28,549 bases of DNA, from IMG/VR virus record IMGVR_UViG_3300014914_000030, positions 1-28,549 of that record. One strand, given 5' to 3'. The position numbers were made by a program, and so were the translations under genes. Of the stretch, positions 1 through 7,442 are shown piece after piece. The notes below the pieces were generated by a model that saw only the letters and a list, made by a program, of their open reading frames with translations, had not been told where the DNA came from and ran no database searches. Numbering within the stretch: position 1 is the first letter of the stretch; each line of letters starts with the position of its first letter.

Positions 1-123
1 AGGATTTTGTGGTTGTATGTCGAGGATATTGAATTTTTAATTACGGAAAGCTTGAAATTACAAAAGCTTTAGGCATGAGAATAAGGAGTGGTCAAGTCTA
101 TAGCAGTAGCAGAGGAGAGAAGG
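1..123. repeat. Left inverted terminal repeat (123 bp)
   Basis: Bases 1..123 are the exact reverse complement of 28427..28549; the match breaks at 124 (A versus G). Confidence 0.98.
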
Positions 124-136
124 AAAGAGATAAATG

Positions 137-152
137 TAACATGTACGTGTTA
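137..152. promoter_or_regulatory. Near-palindrome TAACATGTACGTGTTA, candidate RHH operator
   Basis: 16-bp palindrome with one mismatched pair, just inside the ITR and upstream of an RHH gene. Confidence 0.4.
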
Positions 153-185
153 ATAGTCTAAGGTAGAAGGGGGGTATCGAGGACA

Positions 186-494
186 TTGTTAAACAAGGAT
201 AGGATGGAACATCTTTCTTGCTACATTCCGAGGAAACACATCGAGGAATTGGATAAGCTTGTTAGGAAGGGAGTTTATCCAAGTAGGTCTGAGGCTATCA
301 GAGAAGCCATTAGAAGACTTCTAAGGATTCATGGTGAGGAGAATCTTGTCAAGGTGGTCTGTGATTGCTGTAATGGAGATGGTTTCATTGTACGCCGAAA
401 ACACCTTACTGGTGAGGAAGTCAAAGTCAGATGTCCTTGCTGTGATGGTCTAGGATATGATTATGAGGTTGAGTGGAAGGAGAGGGAGAAATGA
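186..494 (+). CDS. CopG/NikR-type ribbon-helix-helix regulator with C-terminal Cys-rich zinc finger
   Basis: SCYIPRKHIEELDKLVRKGVYPSRSEAIREAIRRLL is a typical RHH; CDCCNGDG and CPCCDGLG are DnaJ-like CxxCxGxG motifs. Confidence 0.85.
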   Translation: MLNKDRMEHLSCYIPRKHIEELDKLVRKGVYPSRSEAIREAIRRLLRIHGEENLVKVVCDCCNGDGFIVRRKHLTGEEVKVRCPCCDGLGYDYEVEWKEREK

Positions 495-691
495 AGTATC
501 CTAAGCTCAAGAGACCGTCTAGGCGTTGCTACCAGACCCATGCCTACTGTAGAAGGTGCGGTAACTGGATTCCGAAAAGTCAGCTAGACATGTCTAATCC
601 TAGATGTCCAGTATGCGGAAATAGGTTTCTGAGATTTAAGCCTAAGCACAACCCCTTCAAGGAGAAGTACGTTAGCTACATTGAGGTCTAA
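491..691 (+). CDS. Small zinc-ribbon protein (Rpo12-like pattern)
   Basis: YCRRCG-x13-RCPVCGNRFL; ATG at 491 overlaps the upstream stop (ATGA). Confidence 0.7.
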   Translation: MKYPKLKRPSRRCYQTHAYCRRCGNWIPKSQLDMSNPRCPVCGNRFLRFKPKHNPFKEKYVSYIEV

Positions 692-909
692 GGGTCTTCA
701 AGTAGGTCTTTGGCTTCCTTGATTACCTTTTCCCATTGTTTTTCTATTTTTTCTGGATTAGTCTCATAAGTCTCCCATAACTCATCTATTGCGTCTATGA
801 GTTCTCTGAACTCCTTGAATTTCCTTCTTGCTTTCTTGTATTTTGCTCCTAGATAGATTGAGGCTACTAGGAGTATTAAGGTGATGATTTGCAGTATTAT
901 TTGCTCCAT
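688..909 (-). CDS. Small membrane protein (N-terminal TM plus charged helices); possible egress protein
   Basis: Hydrophobic IILQIITLILLVASIYLGA then a basic/charged helical tail; GGGGAG SD upstream. Confidence 0.7.
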   Translation of the reverse strand: MEQIILQIITLILLVASIYLGAKYKKARRKFKEFRELIDAIDELWETYETNPEKIEKQWEKVIKEAKDLLEDP

Positions 910-940
910 GCTTGTCTCCCCTTTAGTTCTTAGATTTAGT

Positions 941-1765
941 TCAGATACTTATACCTTCAGAACGCCATTTATCAAAGTATTTCTTGTAGCCAGTTGCCTC
1001 TTCGTATTCCTCTGCACTCAAATCTCTTAGATTTGCCCCTTTATACTTGCCAGTTTGTATGATTCTACTTGGTCTTTTGTCTGGGTTGTCTCTTGCTTCC
1101 AATATATTAAGCAGATTTTCAACTGGAGTTATTACTGTTAGCCTTTCTATTGGGAAGTTTGTTCTTGGGTCAACTGCTAGTGGTGTGTTTTCCTCAAGCA
1201 TTATGGCTGGAATGTAATCGTTTAGCCTATGGTCAAAAACTTCACAAGCATAGGAGCTTAAGGATTTGATTCTTGAAGGAAGTGAAGTTTGCAGTTCACG
1301 TTTCCATGCTGGGATACTAGGATTATTGAATCGTTTAGGTGTCCATAAGGGTTCACTTAGCTTAAATCCACTATAACCATAAACCCCAGTATGAGCATCG
1401 CCAGTATTTTGATAGAAAGCTACTGAACCGTAAAGGGAGTTTGTTAGCACTTTCATAGTTCCTAATGTCTCATATCTAACTAGATGTCCATAATTAGGGT
1501 TGTCTGTTCCTTCTCTAAATCTATCTTTATGACATCTACGTGTTGTTCCATCATAATCAAAATACATTATCGTAAGCTGGTAGCCTACTCCTATATTGTA
1601 GAGAGACCAGTCAATCCATACCAGCCATGTTTCGTTTGGTGGTGGTTGTATATCTACATAAGTTGTACTACCACTAGGAACGCTAATGCTCCCTTGAGTC
1701 TGTTTGATTATTGCACTCCAGAATGGGAATTTTGGTGGTGGGGGTAGTCCATGCCAAAGGCTCAT
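941..1765 (-). CDS. Putative virion/adhesin protein with N-terminal beta-sandwich
   Basis: 274-aa ORF in an operon; N-terminal VDIQPPPNETWLV motif shared with 2818..3111. Confidence 0.7.
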   Translation of the reverse strand: MSLWHGLPPPPKFPFWSAIIKQTQGSISVPSGSTTYVDIQPPPNETWLVWIDWSLYNIGVGYQLTIMYFDYDGTTRRCHKDRFREGTDNPNYGHLVRYETLGTMKVLTNSLYGSVAFYQNTGDAHTGVYGYSGFKLSEPLWTPKRFNNPSIPAWKRELQTSLPSRIKSLSSYACEVFDHRLNDYIPAIMLEENTPLAVDPRTNFPIERLTVITPVENLLNILEARDNPDKRPSRIIQTGKYKGANLRDLSAEEYEEATGYKKYFDKWRSEGISI

Positions 1766-1780
1766 TTCTCATCTCTCCTA

Positions 1781-2149
1781 TTAGATTTCTTCCATTATTT
1801 GGTATATGAATGTGTATGGGAATGTTCTTAGGTCTCCAGCCGTTTGGGTTATTGTTACTCTGAATTTTCCGTTGTAGGGTACTGTTTGGCTTGTGATTCT
1901 GACTACTGGGACTTCTTGTGCGTCTTTGAAGGTTAGTTTGTCTTGTAGTCTCTGGTTTGTTCCATCTACTGCAACATAGACTTTGATGACAACTTCATCT
2001 CCAGATTGCATGTTTGCTAGGTCTATTGTTCCTTCGATGATGTAGTCATCATCTTGGTCTGGTAGGTTGATGAGGTCTGTTTCCGTGTTTAGGCTTTCTG
2101 GTGTAACTGAGCCTTGACTACGTACTTTGTCTTTAAATCTAACTACCAT
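1781..2149 (-). CDS. Beta-rich putative virion structural protein
   Basis: 122 aa, alternating beta-strand pattern, co-oriented with tail-collar-like gene. Confidence 0.65.
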   Translation of the reverse strand: MVVRFKDKVRSQGSVTPESLNTETDLINLPDQDDDYIIEGTIDLANMQSGDEVVIKVYVAVDGTNQRLQDKLTFKDAQEVPVVRITSQTVPYNGKFRVTITQTAGDLRTFPYTFIYQIMEEI

Positions 2150-2159
2150 TTTTGGGTTA

Positions 2160-2735
2160 TCACCTTGACATTTGTACGTAGTATCTTATTGTGAGTGTGT
2201 CTCCAGCATCCCAATCTACTGGTACGGCTGAGAATACCTTTCTTGCTAGCATGTCTCCACCAGAGCTTGCATTGAAGATTCCAGTTTCTGATATGTTCAT
2301 TGAGCCAGACAGACCGTCATCTTTTGAGAATGTAGCTTCTAGAAGGGCTGTATCATCCGTGATTGTTGTGGTTGTTTGGGATACTGAGGCTGATTTTCTG
2401 GCTACTTCGTATTCTAGGGCTGTGTCTGTAGCTGATTCTGAGGTTGTTCCAGAGCCTATGGCTAGGTAGCCGAATTTGTCTTCTGTTAGACCAGCAAAGA
2501 TTAGTCTGACCATGCAAGCTAGACCTACGTTAGTTATGATGTTCTTTCTAAAGTAGAAGTCTCCTTCTTTTGCTGGAAAGCTTGTCAAAATTGGTACTGG
2601 ATTTCCTTTCATTATTGCTTTTGGTGGTGCTCCAGCCTTGTATTTGATGTTTCCGTTTTTGTCTCTGACTATAATTTCTATCCATCCTTGTACTTTTGTT
2701 GTGTCAACATCTTTGGGAATCTTCTTTTCAGTCAT
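2160..2735 (-). CDS. Phage tail-collar fibre-like protein (DUF3751-like)
   Basis: NIITNVG...YLAIGSG...TDTALEYEVARK...ISETGIFNASSGGDMLAR...GDTLTIRY follows the tail-collar consensus order. Confidence 0.75.
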   Translation of the reverse strand: MTEKKIPKDVDTTKVQGWIEIIVRDKNGNIKYKAGAPPKAIMKGNPVPILTSFPAKEGDFYFRKNIITNVGLACMVRLIFAGLTEDKFGYLAIGSGTTSESATDTALEYEVARKSASVSQTTTTITDDTALLEATFSKDDGLSGSMNISETGIFNASSGGDMLARKVFSAVPVDWDAGDTLTIRYYVQMSR

Positions 2736-2763
2736 GATTCACGACCAATAAAGCAATTATTAA

Positions 2764-2785
2764 GAAAGAATATTTAAATTCTTTC
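2764..2785. promoter_or_regulatory. Palindromic bidirectional BRE/TATA promoter
   Basis: GAAAGAAT-ATTTAA-ATTCTTTC has 8-bp inverted arms around a TTTAAA core, about 40 nt from each of the divergent starts 2735 and 2818. Confidence 0.65.
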
Positions 2786-2817
2786 GGAGTTAGATTCAAG
2801 GTTAGGGGTAAAGCACT

Positions 2818-3111
2818 TTGGCTGTAGGAGACGTAGTTTCTGACCTTGTTTCAGTATCAGCTAATGGAACTTTAGACATTCAGCCACCATCTGGAGAAGA
2901 GTGGGTTATCCACAACATCTACCATGAGTATGACATAGAAGTAGTCTTTACTGATGGTACTAATGAGTTGTCTTTCTTAACGCATGAGGGGAAAGGTGTT
3001 CTTTCAAAATTTGCTTTCCATGTTAGGAATGGTTTGTGGATTAGGGTTAAGAATTTGGATTCTGCAAATTCTAGGCTTATTGGGTATGATGGAGTGGTAA
3101 CCAAGGCATGA
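2818..3111 (+). CDS. Small beta-sandwich putative virion protein
   Basis: 97 aa, LDIQPPSGEEWVI motif; stop overlaps next start (ATGA). Confidence 0.7.
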   Translation: MAVGDVVSDLVSVSANGTLDIQPPSGEEWVIHNIYHEYDIEVVFTDGTNELSFLTHEGKGVLSKFAFHVRNGLWIRVKNLDSANSRLIGYDGVVTKA

Positions 3112-3533
3112 ATGACATAATTACTCCAGAGACCCTTTTGCAGAGAATCGTTATAGCCTTGAAGTTTGGCTCTGAAGGGGCTACAACTACAAGCACAAGC
3201 TATGTTACGATTGCTGATAGTGATATTGCATTTGACCCTCAGAAAATTAAGAAAGCTATGCCTAATCGTAAGCTCTATGCCAAATTCATTTATCATTTAA
3301 AGAACGATACGGATGGTGAGAAAACTTACGCTAGGATTTATAGGCAAAATGCTGGGACTCCAGTTGATGGGAGTGAGGTTTCTGTTACTGGTGCTGGATG
3401 GGGGATAGTGGAAACTGATTGGATAGATTTTTCGGATGAAAGTGAGGAAAGCTATCAAGTTCAGATGTATGTTACTGGTGGTGTTGGAGAATACAATAGC
3501 ATTATTATGTTGCTGACTAATATTAAGTTCTAG
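3108..3533 (+). CDS. Putative receptor/carbohydrate-binding beta-sandwich virion protein
   Basis: TTTSTSYVTI, beta-rich, translationally coupled to neighbours. Confidence 0.6.
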   Translation: MNDIITPETLLQRIVIALKFGSEGATTTSTSYVTIADSDIAFDPQKIKKAMPNRKLYAKFIYHLKNDTDGEKTYARIYRQNAGTPVDGSEVSVTGAGWGIVETDWIDFSDESEESYQVQMYVTGGVGEYNSIIMLLTNIKF

Positions 3534-3535
3534 CT

Positions 3536-4849
3536 ATGATATGCTTGGTTAGTTTACCGTTTAAGGTGAATCTTGTTTCTCCTTTGAGTTTAGCAATTTT
3601 GAAGGCTTTAATTCCAGAATATGATTCTGTTTGTGTAGATTTATCCCCAGAGTTTAATCAATGTTTCATGAGATGGGTTTTAAAAGACAAGATTGAGGAA
3701 CTCCATGAAGAGACCTATCGTAGGGATTTTTATCCAGTTGAGTTATTGTTAAAGGGAGAGGGAGATTCCGAGTTATACAGCATTTGTCATAGCATGGCTG
3801 ATAGGATTCTTTCGTATGACCCTAAAGTGGTGTGCTTTTCTGTTCAGCTAGGCAATATTGGGACTAGTCTAACTGTCGGCAAAATCCTCAAAGATGAAGG
3901 AATAAAAGTTATTTTTGGTGGGAGTGCTTTTCTGTGGAAATCCAAGATTTATGCAAGAATGTTTCCTTGGATTGATTGTGTTGTAGAGGGAGAGGCTGAG
4001 CCAGTTTTTAGGAGTTTAATCCATAAGGTTATAAAGGGATACAAAGTTCAGAGGTTCATCATTAGTCCTATGCTTCTTGACTTAAATGAGTCGCCTATTC
4101 CAGATTACGGAGACCTAAACTTAGATAATTACCAACTTATAGGCATTGAGACTCAGAGAGGTTGTGTCAATAGGTGTTCTTTTTGCAATAATAGATTTTC
4201 ACAGTTGTACGAAGTTTATAGAGAGAAAAAAGTTGAGAGAGTTAAAAGAGAACTTGAAATCTTGAAGGAATATAACAAGCCTTTCTATTTTTGCGATAAC
4301 ATCACAAATCCTAATAGGAAGAGGCTTATTTCGTTATGTAAGGCTATAGCTCCATTAGGCATAAAATGGATGGGGGAGTTTTTGCCTAGAATTAGTTTTC
4401 AAGAGGCATATTGGTTATGGAAAAGTGGTTGTTTTTCCGTTACTTTAGGAGTTGAAAGCCTATGCGATAGAACCTTGAGGAAAATGGAGAAGCCTATCAC
4501 AGTTAGGGATATTTTAAATTCCATTGAAGCCCTAAGCATGTTTGGAATAGACATTCAAGTAAATCTAATTATTGGTTACCCTAGAGAGAGTCTGCTTGAT
4601 TTCTTGCAGACGGTTGTAAGGTTGTTTAGGGTGGAAAATAAAGTTAAGAGGTTTCTTTTTTCTGAGTTTGTAGTACCTCAAAAATCAAAAATTTACAATA
4701 ATCCAGATAAATACGGAGTAAAATTGCTTTCTAAATGTGAAAACAGTATTTTTTCAAGAGCTTTTCAATTAAAAAGTGAGTGGGAAAGAAGAAAGCAGAA
4801 ATTCTTATTAATTTTTATGGAGCTTCTCTTCAATAGGGAGTCTTTATGA
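3536..4849 (+). CDS. B12-binding-domain radical SAM protein
   Basis: ETQRGCVNRCSFC (CxxxCxxC); N-terminal PLSLAILKA, VIFGG, VVEGEAE typical of cobalamin-dependent class B radical SAM; LGVES and IIGYPRES in the barrel. Confidence 0.92.
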   Translation: MICLVSLPFKVNLVSPLSLAILKALIPEYDSVCVDLSPEFNQCFMRWVLKDKIEELHEETYRRDFYPVELLLKGEGDSELYSICHSMADRILSYDPKVVCFSVQLGNIGTSLTVGKILKDEGIKVIFGGSAFLWKSKIYARMFPWIDCVVEGEAEPVFRSLIHKVIKGYKVQRFIISPMLLDLNESPIPDYGDLNLDNYQLIGIETQRGCVNRCSFCNNRFSQLYEVYREKKVERVKRELEILKEYNKPFYFCDNITNPNRKRLISLCKAIAPLGIKWMGEFLPRISFQEAYWLWKSGCFSVTLGVESLCDRTLRKMEKPITVRDILNSIEALSMFGIDIQVNLIIGYPRESLLDFLQTVVRLFRVENKVKRFLFSEFVVPQKSKIYNNPDKYGVKLLSKCENSIFSRAFQLKSEWERRKQKFLLIFMELLFNRESL

Positions 4850-5049
4850 AGGTAGCACAGTTCCGATTTGCTATTAGTCAAGAGGGTGGTGGAGAACACG
4901 TTATGTACAACATGGCTAGAGTTCTGAAGGCAAGCGTTTTAGCTTTTGCTGTAACATCAGGAAAACTAAAAAAGAAAGGATATATCAAGGAGATAGCCTC
5001 TGATGTTGACAAGTTGATTCTGACACATAATCGTTTGGTAAAGGTGTAA
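4846..5049 (+). CDS. N-terminal fragment of a GT4 glycosyltransferase
   Basis: MKVAQF...GGGEHVMYNMARVL is the canonical GT4 N-terminal beta/GG-E/helix motif that the downstream ORF lacks. Confidence 0.7.
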   Translation: MKVAQFRFAISQEGGGEHVMYNMARVLKASVLAFAVTSGKLKKKGYIKEIASDVDKLILTHNRLVKV

Positions 5050-5059
5050 AAGTGGTCTT

Positions 5060-6025
5060 ATGGAAACGTACACAAAGAATGAGATTGAATCAATTTTGAA
5101 ATTAAGAAGGCTCTTCAGAGATGAGATTCTAAAGGAATTTGATGGGGTTGATGTTGTTGTTTTGCATTGTCCTTGGGATTTAGAGGTTTTTGATGGAGTC
5201 AATGATAAGGCTGTTGTTTTGTATGAACATAGAGCTTGTAGATTTGCAACTTTCATGTTTGATGAGATAATCAAGTATGTTGAGCCTCTACGTGCAAGAT
5301 TAGTTATTCGTGATAGAGGGTGGGTTTTGCAGAAGCATAAAGAGTTGTTCAAGAAGGCTGATTTGATTATTGTTAATAGTAAGTTTATTCAAGAGCAAAT
5401 GCTGAAGTGGTTCGGAATTGAGACCTATGTTTGTTATCCACCTATTGATTTGAGGGTTTTTCGACCAGTTAAGAATCCAAGCAGAGATTTCTTTCTTTCC
5501 GCACAGAGGGTTAACTGGCAGAAAAGAATTGACCTTCAGATTGACGCTTTTCGTGGTCTGAAAGAGAGGCTGATTATTGTCGGTAGCCCTAATGAGCCAG
5601 AGCCTAATCCTACATTGGTAGAATTAGCTAAGGATTGTCCCAATATTGAGATTTTAGGTGGTGTGAAGTTAAAGGAGCTTGTTAATTTAATGGCAAATGC
5701 TAAGGCTGTTATTCAAACTGGTTACTATGAGGATTTTGGATTAGTCCCAGTTCAAGCTTTGGCTTGTGGTACTCCAGCTATAGTGGTTGATGAAGGGGGA
5801 TTTAGAGAGACCATTCATTCCCCAAAGCTTGGTGTCAGAATAAAAAAGCCTTATCTGGAAAACTTAAGAAAAGCTGTTTTGGAGTTTGATATTAGCAGAT
5901 ATGACCCTAAGATATTGAGGGAAGAAGCTAAAAAGTATGGGTTTACGGAATTTAGAAAAAGATTCAATAAGTTACTTAAACTTGCTGTGAGGAAACATGA
6001 GGAACGATATAATTTACGTAGATAG
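5060..6025 (+). CDS. GT4 (GT-B) glycosyltransferase, main part
   Basis: IIVNSKF, YPPID, KRIDL, EDFGLVPVQALACGTP, GGFRETI. Confidence 0.92.
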   Translation: METYTKNEIESILKLRRLFRDEILKEFDGVDVVVLHCPWDLEVFDGVNDKAVVLYEHRACRFATFMFDEIIKYVEPLRARLVIRDRGWVLQKHKELFKKADLIIVNSKFIQEQMLKWFGIETYVCYPPIDLRVFRPVKNPSRDFFLSAQRVNWQKRIDLQIDAFRGLKERLIIVGSPNEPEPNPTLVELAKDCPNIEILGGVKLKELVNLMANAKAVIQTGYYEDFGLVPVQALACGTPAIVVDEGGFRETIHSPKLGVRIKKPYLENLRKAVLEFDISRYDPKILREEAKKYGFTEFRKRFNKLLKLAVRKHEERYNLRR

Positions 6026-6524
6026 GGAAAGAGGTCTCAGAGTTAGAGAGGCTGATTTAAGTAAGGTCGAAGATTTGAAGATTTTAGCTAGAGCAATCAA
6101 AAGCGATTTTTTAGCTGGTAGAGAGACTCCAACTGCGGTAAATGACCCTTTCTACAGCAAGTTCTGGAGCTATTATCTAGAGCTAGGCTGGGATATGTTC
6201 TGTTATCATCATAACCCTACAAAAACTAAATTTTTCATTGTGCTTAAAGACATGAGAACGGTTGGGTTTGCCCGTGTTAAAGAACAAAAAATACTGGGAA
6301 ATAAGGTCTTTTATCCAACGATTTATGCTAATGAGCTTGAGTATCCTTGGAGTGAGATAACTAACGATATAAGGGTCTGCATTTTTAATATGTTAAGAAG
6401 ATTTGGTTTTGATAGAGTTTTTATTGAGCTTCCTTTTGGTCATGAACTTAATAGTAAGCTTCCTTTGAGGAAGATGGTAGTAAGATTTAAAGAGTTAACA
6501 GAAATATGGGAGATGGGTTCATGA
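5997..6524 (+). CDS. Hypothetical protein, GNAT-like fold
   Basis: LRVREAD..D start and KFFIVLKDMRTVGFARV beta-hairpin resemble GNAT; acetyl-CoA motif not clear. Confidence 0.5.
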   Translation: MRNDIIYVDRERGLRVREADLSKVEDLKILARAIKSDFLAGRETPTAVNDPFYSKFWSYYLELGWDMFCYHHNPTKTKFFIVLKDMRTVGFARVKEQKILGNKVFYPTIYANELEYPWSEITNDIRVCIFNMLRRFGFDRVFIELPFGHELNSKLPLRKMVVRFKELTEIWEMGS

Positions 6525-7420
6525 CTTATGTTGAGCTATTGTTTAGGGTAAACCCAAAATTTCGACTCAAAGCTGACAAAGTTAGAGATATTTTAAATAA
6601 GAGGTTAGAACTTGAGAAAATACCGTTTGTTTTTGCTATTCATTCCATTACGGTTATGTCTAAGTGGTTAAGCGTTATTGTCGAAGTACCTAGGATTTTG
6701 GAAGTAAAGCCTTATGTATTGAACTTAAAATTCTTAGCAATCAGCCTTGGTGGTTTTGTTATGGATTCTCTTCTAGATTATGGTGTTAGATTTTTAACTT
6801 ATGAAGTGCATGGGTTGACTAGTTCTCTAGTTTATCATAAGGATTGGAGAAAGGAGAAGGTTGCTTTATGTGTTATCGCAAAGGATGAAGAACCCCATGT
6901 AGCAGACTTCATGAAATGTGTTGAGGGATGGTTTGATGATATTGTTGTTGGGGTAGATACCAGAACTGTGGATAGTACTTGGGATAGGTTTGCAGAAAGA
7001 GGGGCTAGGTGCTTCTATATTGATTGGGAAGACCATTTTGGTGAATTTAGGAATAGGACTATGAAATTTGTTGCTCCAGAGATAGATTGGGTTTTCTGGT
7101 TGGATGTTGATGAGTACCCAGAAGATAGGCTTCTTGAGAATTTGAAAGGTTTAGTTCAAACGAAAATTTATGATGCGTATTCTTTCATTAGAGTTAATCT
7201 GGAAACAAAAACTGAAGAGAGGGTTGTTAGGCTTTTTAGAAGGTCTAAGGGGAAGTGGGAAGGGAGAGTTCATGAATCTGTTTCTGGTATTGATTCAAAG
7301 AGGATTTGTGAGACAGACTTTAAGATTTTTCACATTCAGAGATGGATTAAAGAAGGTGGAAGTGTAGCTGAGGAACGTAATGCATTTTACCGTAAACTAG
7401 AAAATATGGATTCAGCCTAG
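6506..7420 (+). CDS. GT2 (GT-A) glycosyltransferase with extra N-terminal domain
   Basis: VALCVIAKDEE, WEDHFGEFRN, WVFWLDVDE (DxD), RLFR...WEGRVHE. Confidence 0.88.
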   Translation: MGDGFMTYVELLFRVNPKFRLKADKVRDILNKRLELEKIPFVFAIHSITVMSKWLSVIVEVPRILEVKPYVLNLKFLAISLGGFVMDSLLDYGVRFLTYEVHGLTSSLVYHKDWRKEKVALCVIAKDEEPHVADFMKCVEGWFDDIVVGVDTRTVDSTWDRFAERGARCFYIDWEDHFGEFRNRTMKFVAPEIDWVFWLDVDEYPEDRLLENLKGLVQTKIYDAYSFIRVNLETKTEERVVRLFRRSKGKWEGRVHESVSGIDSKRICETDFKIFHIQRWIKEGGSVAEERNAFYRKLENMDSA

Positions 7421-7442
7421 AAGATTCTAGGTGTAGCGTCTC

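Noticed and set aside
2160-2735. Whole contig being a tailed (Caudoviricetes) virus
   Set aside because: No terminase, portal or HK97 capsid recognisable; the SIRV2-type MCP and ITRs fit Adnaviria.
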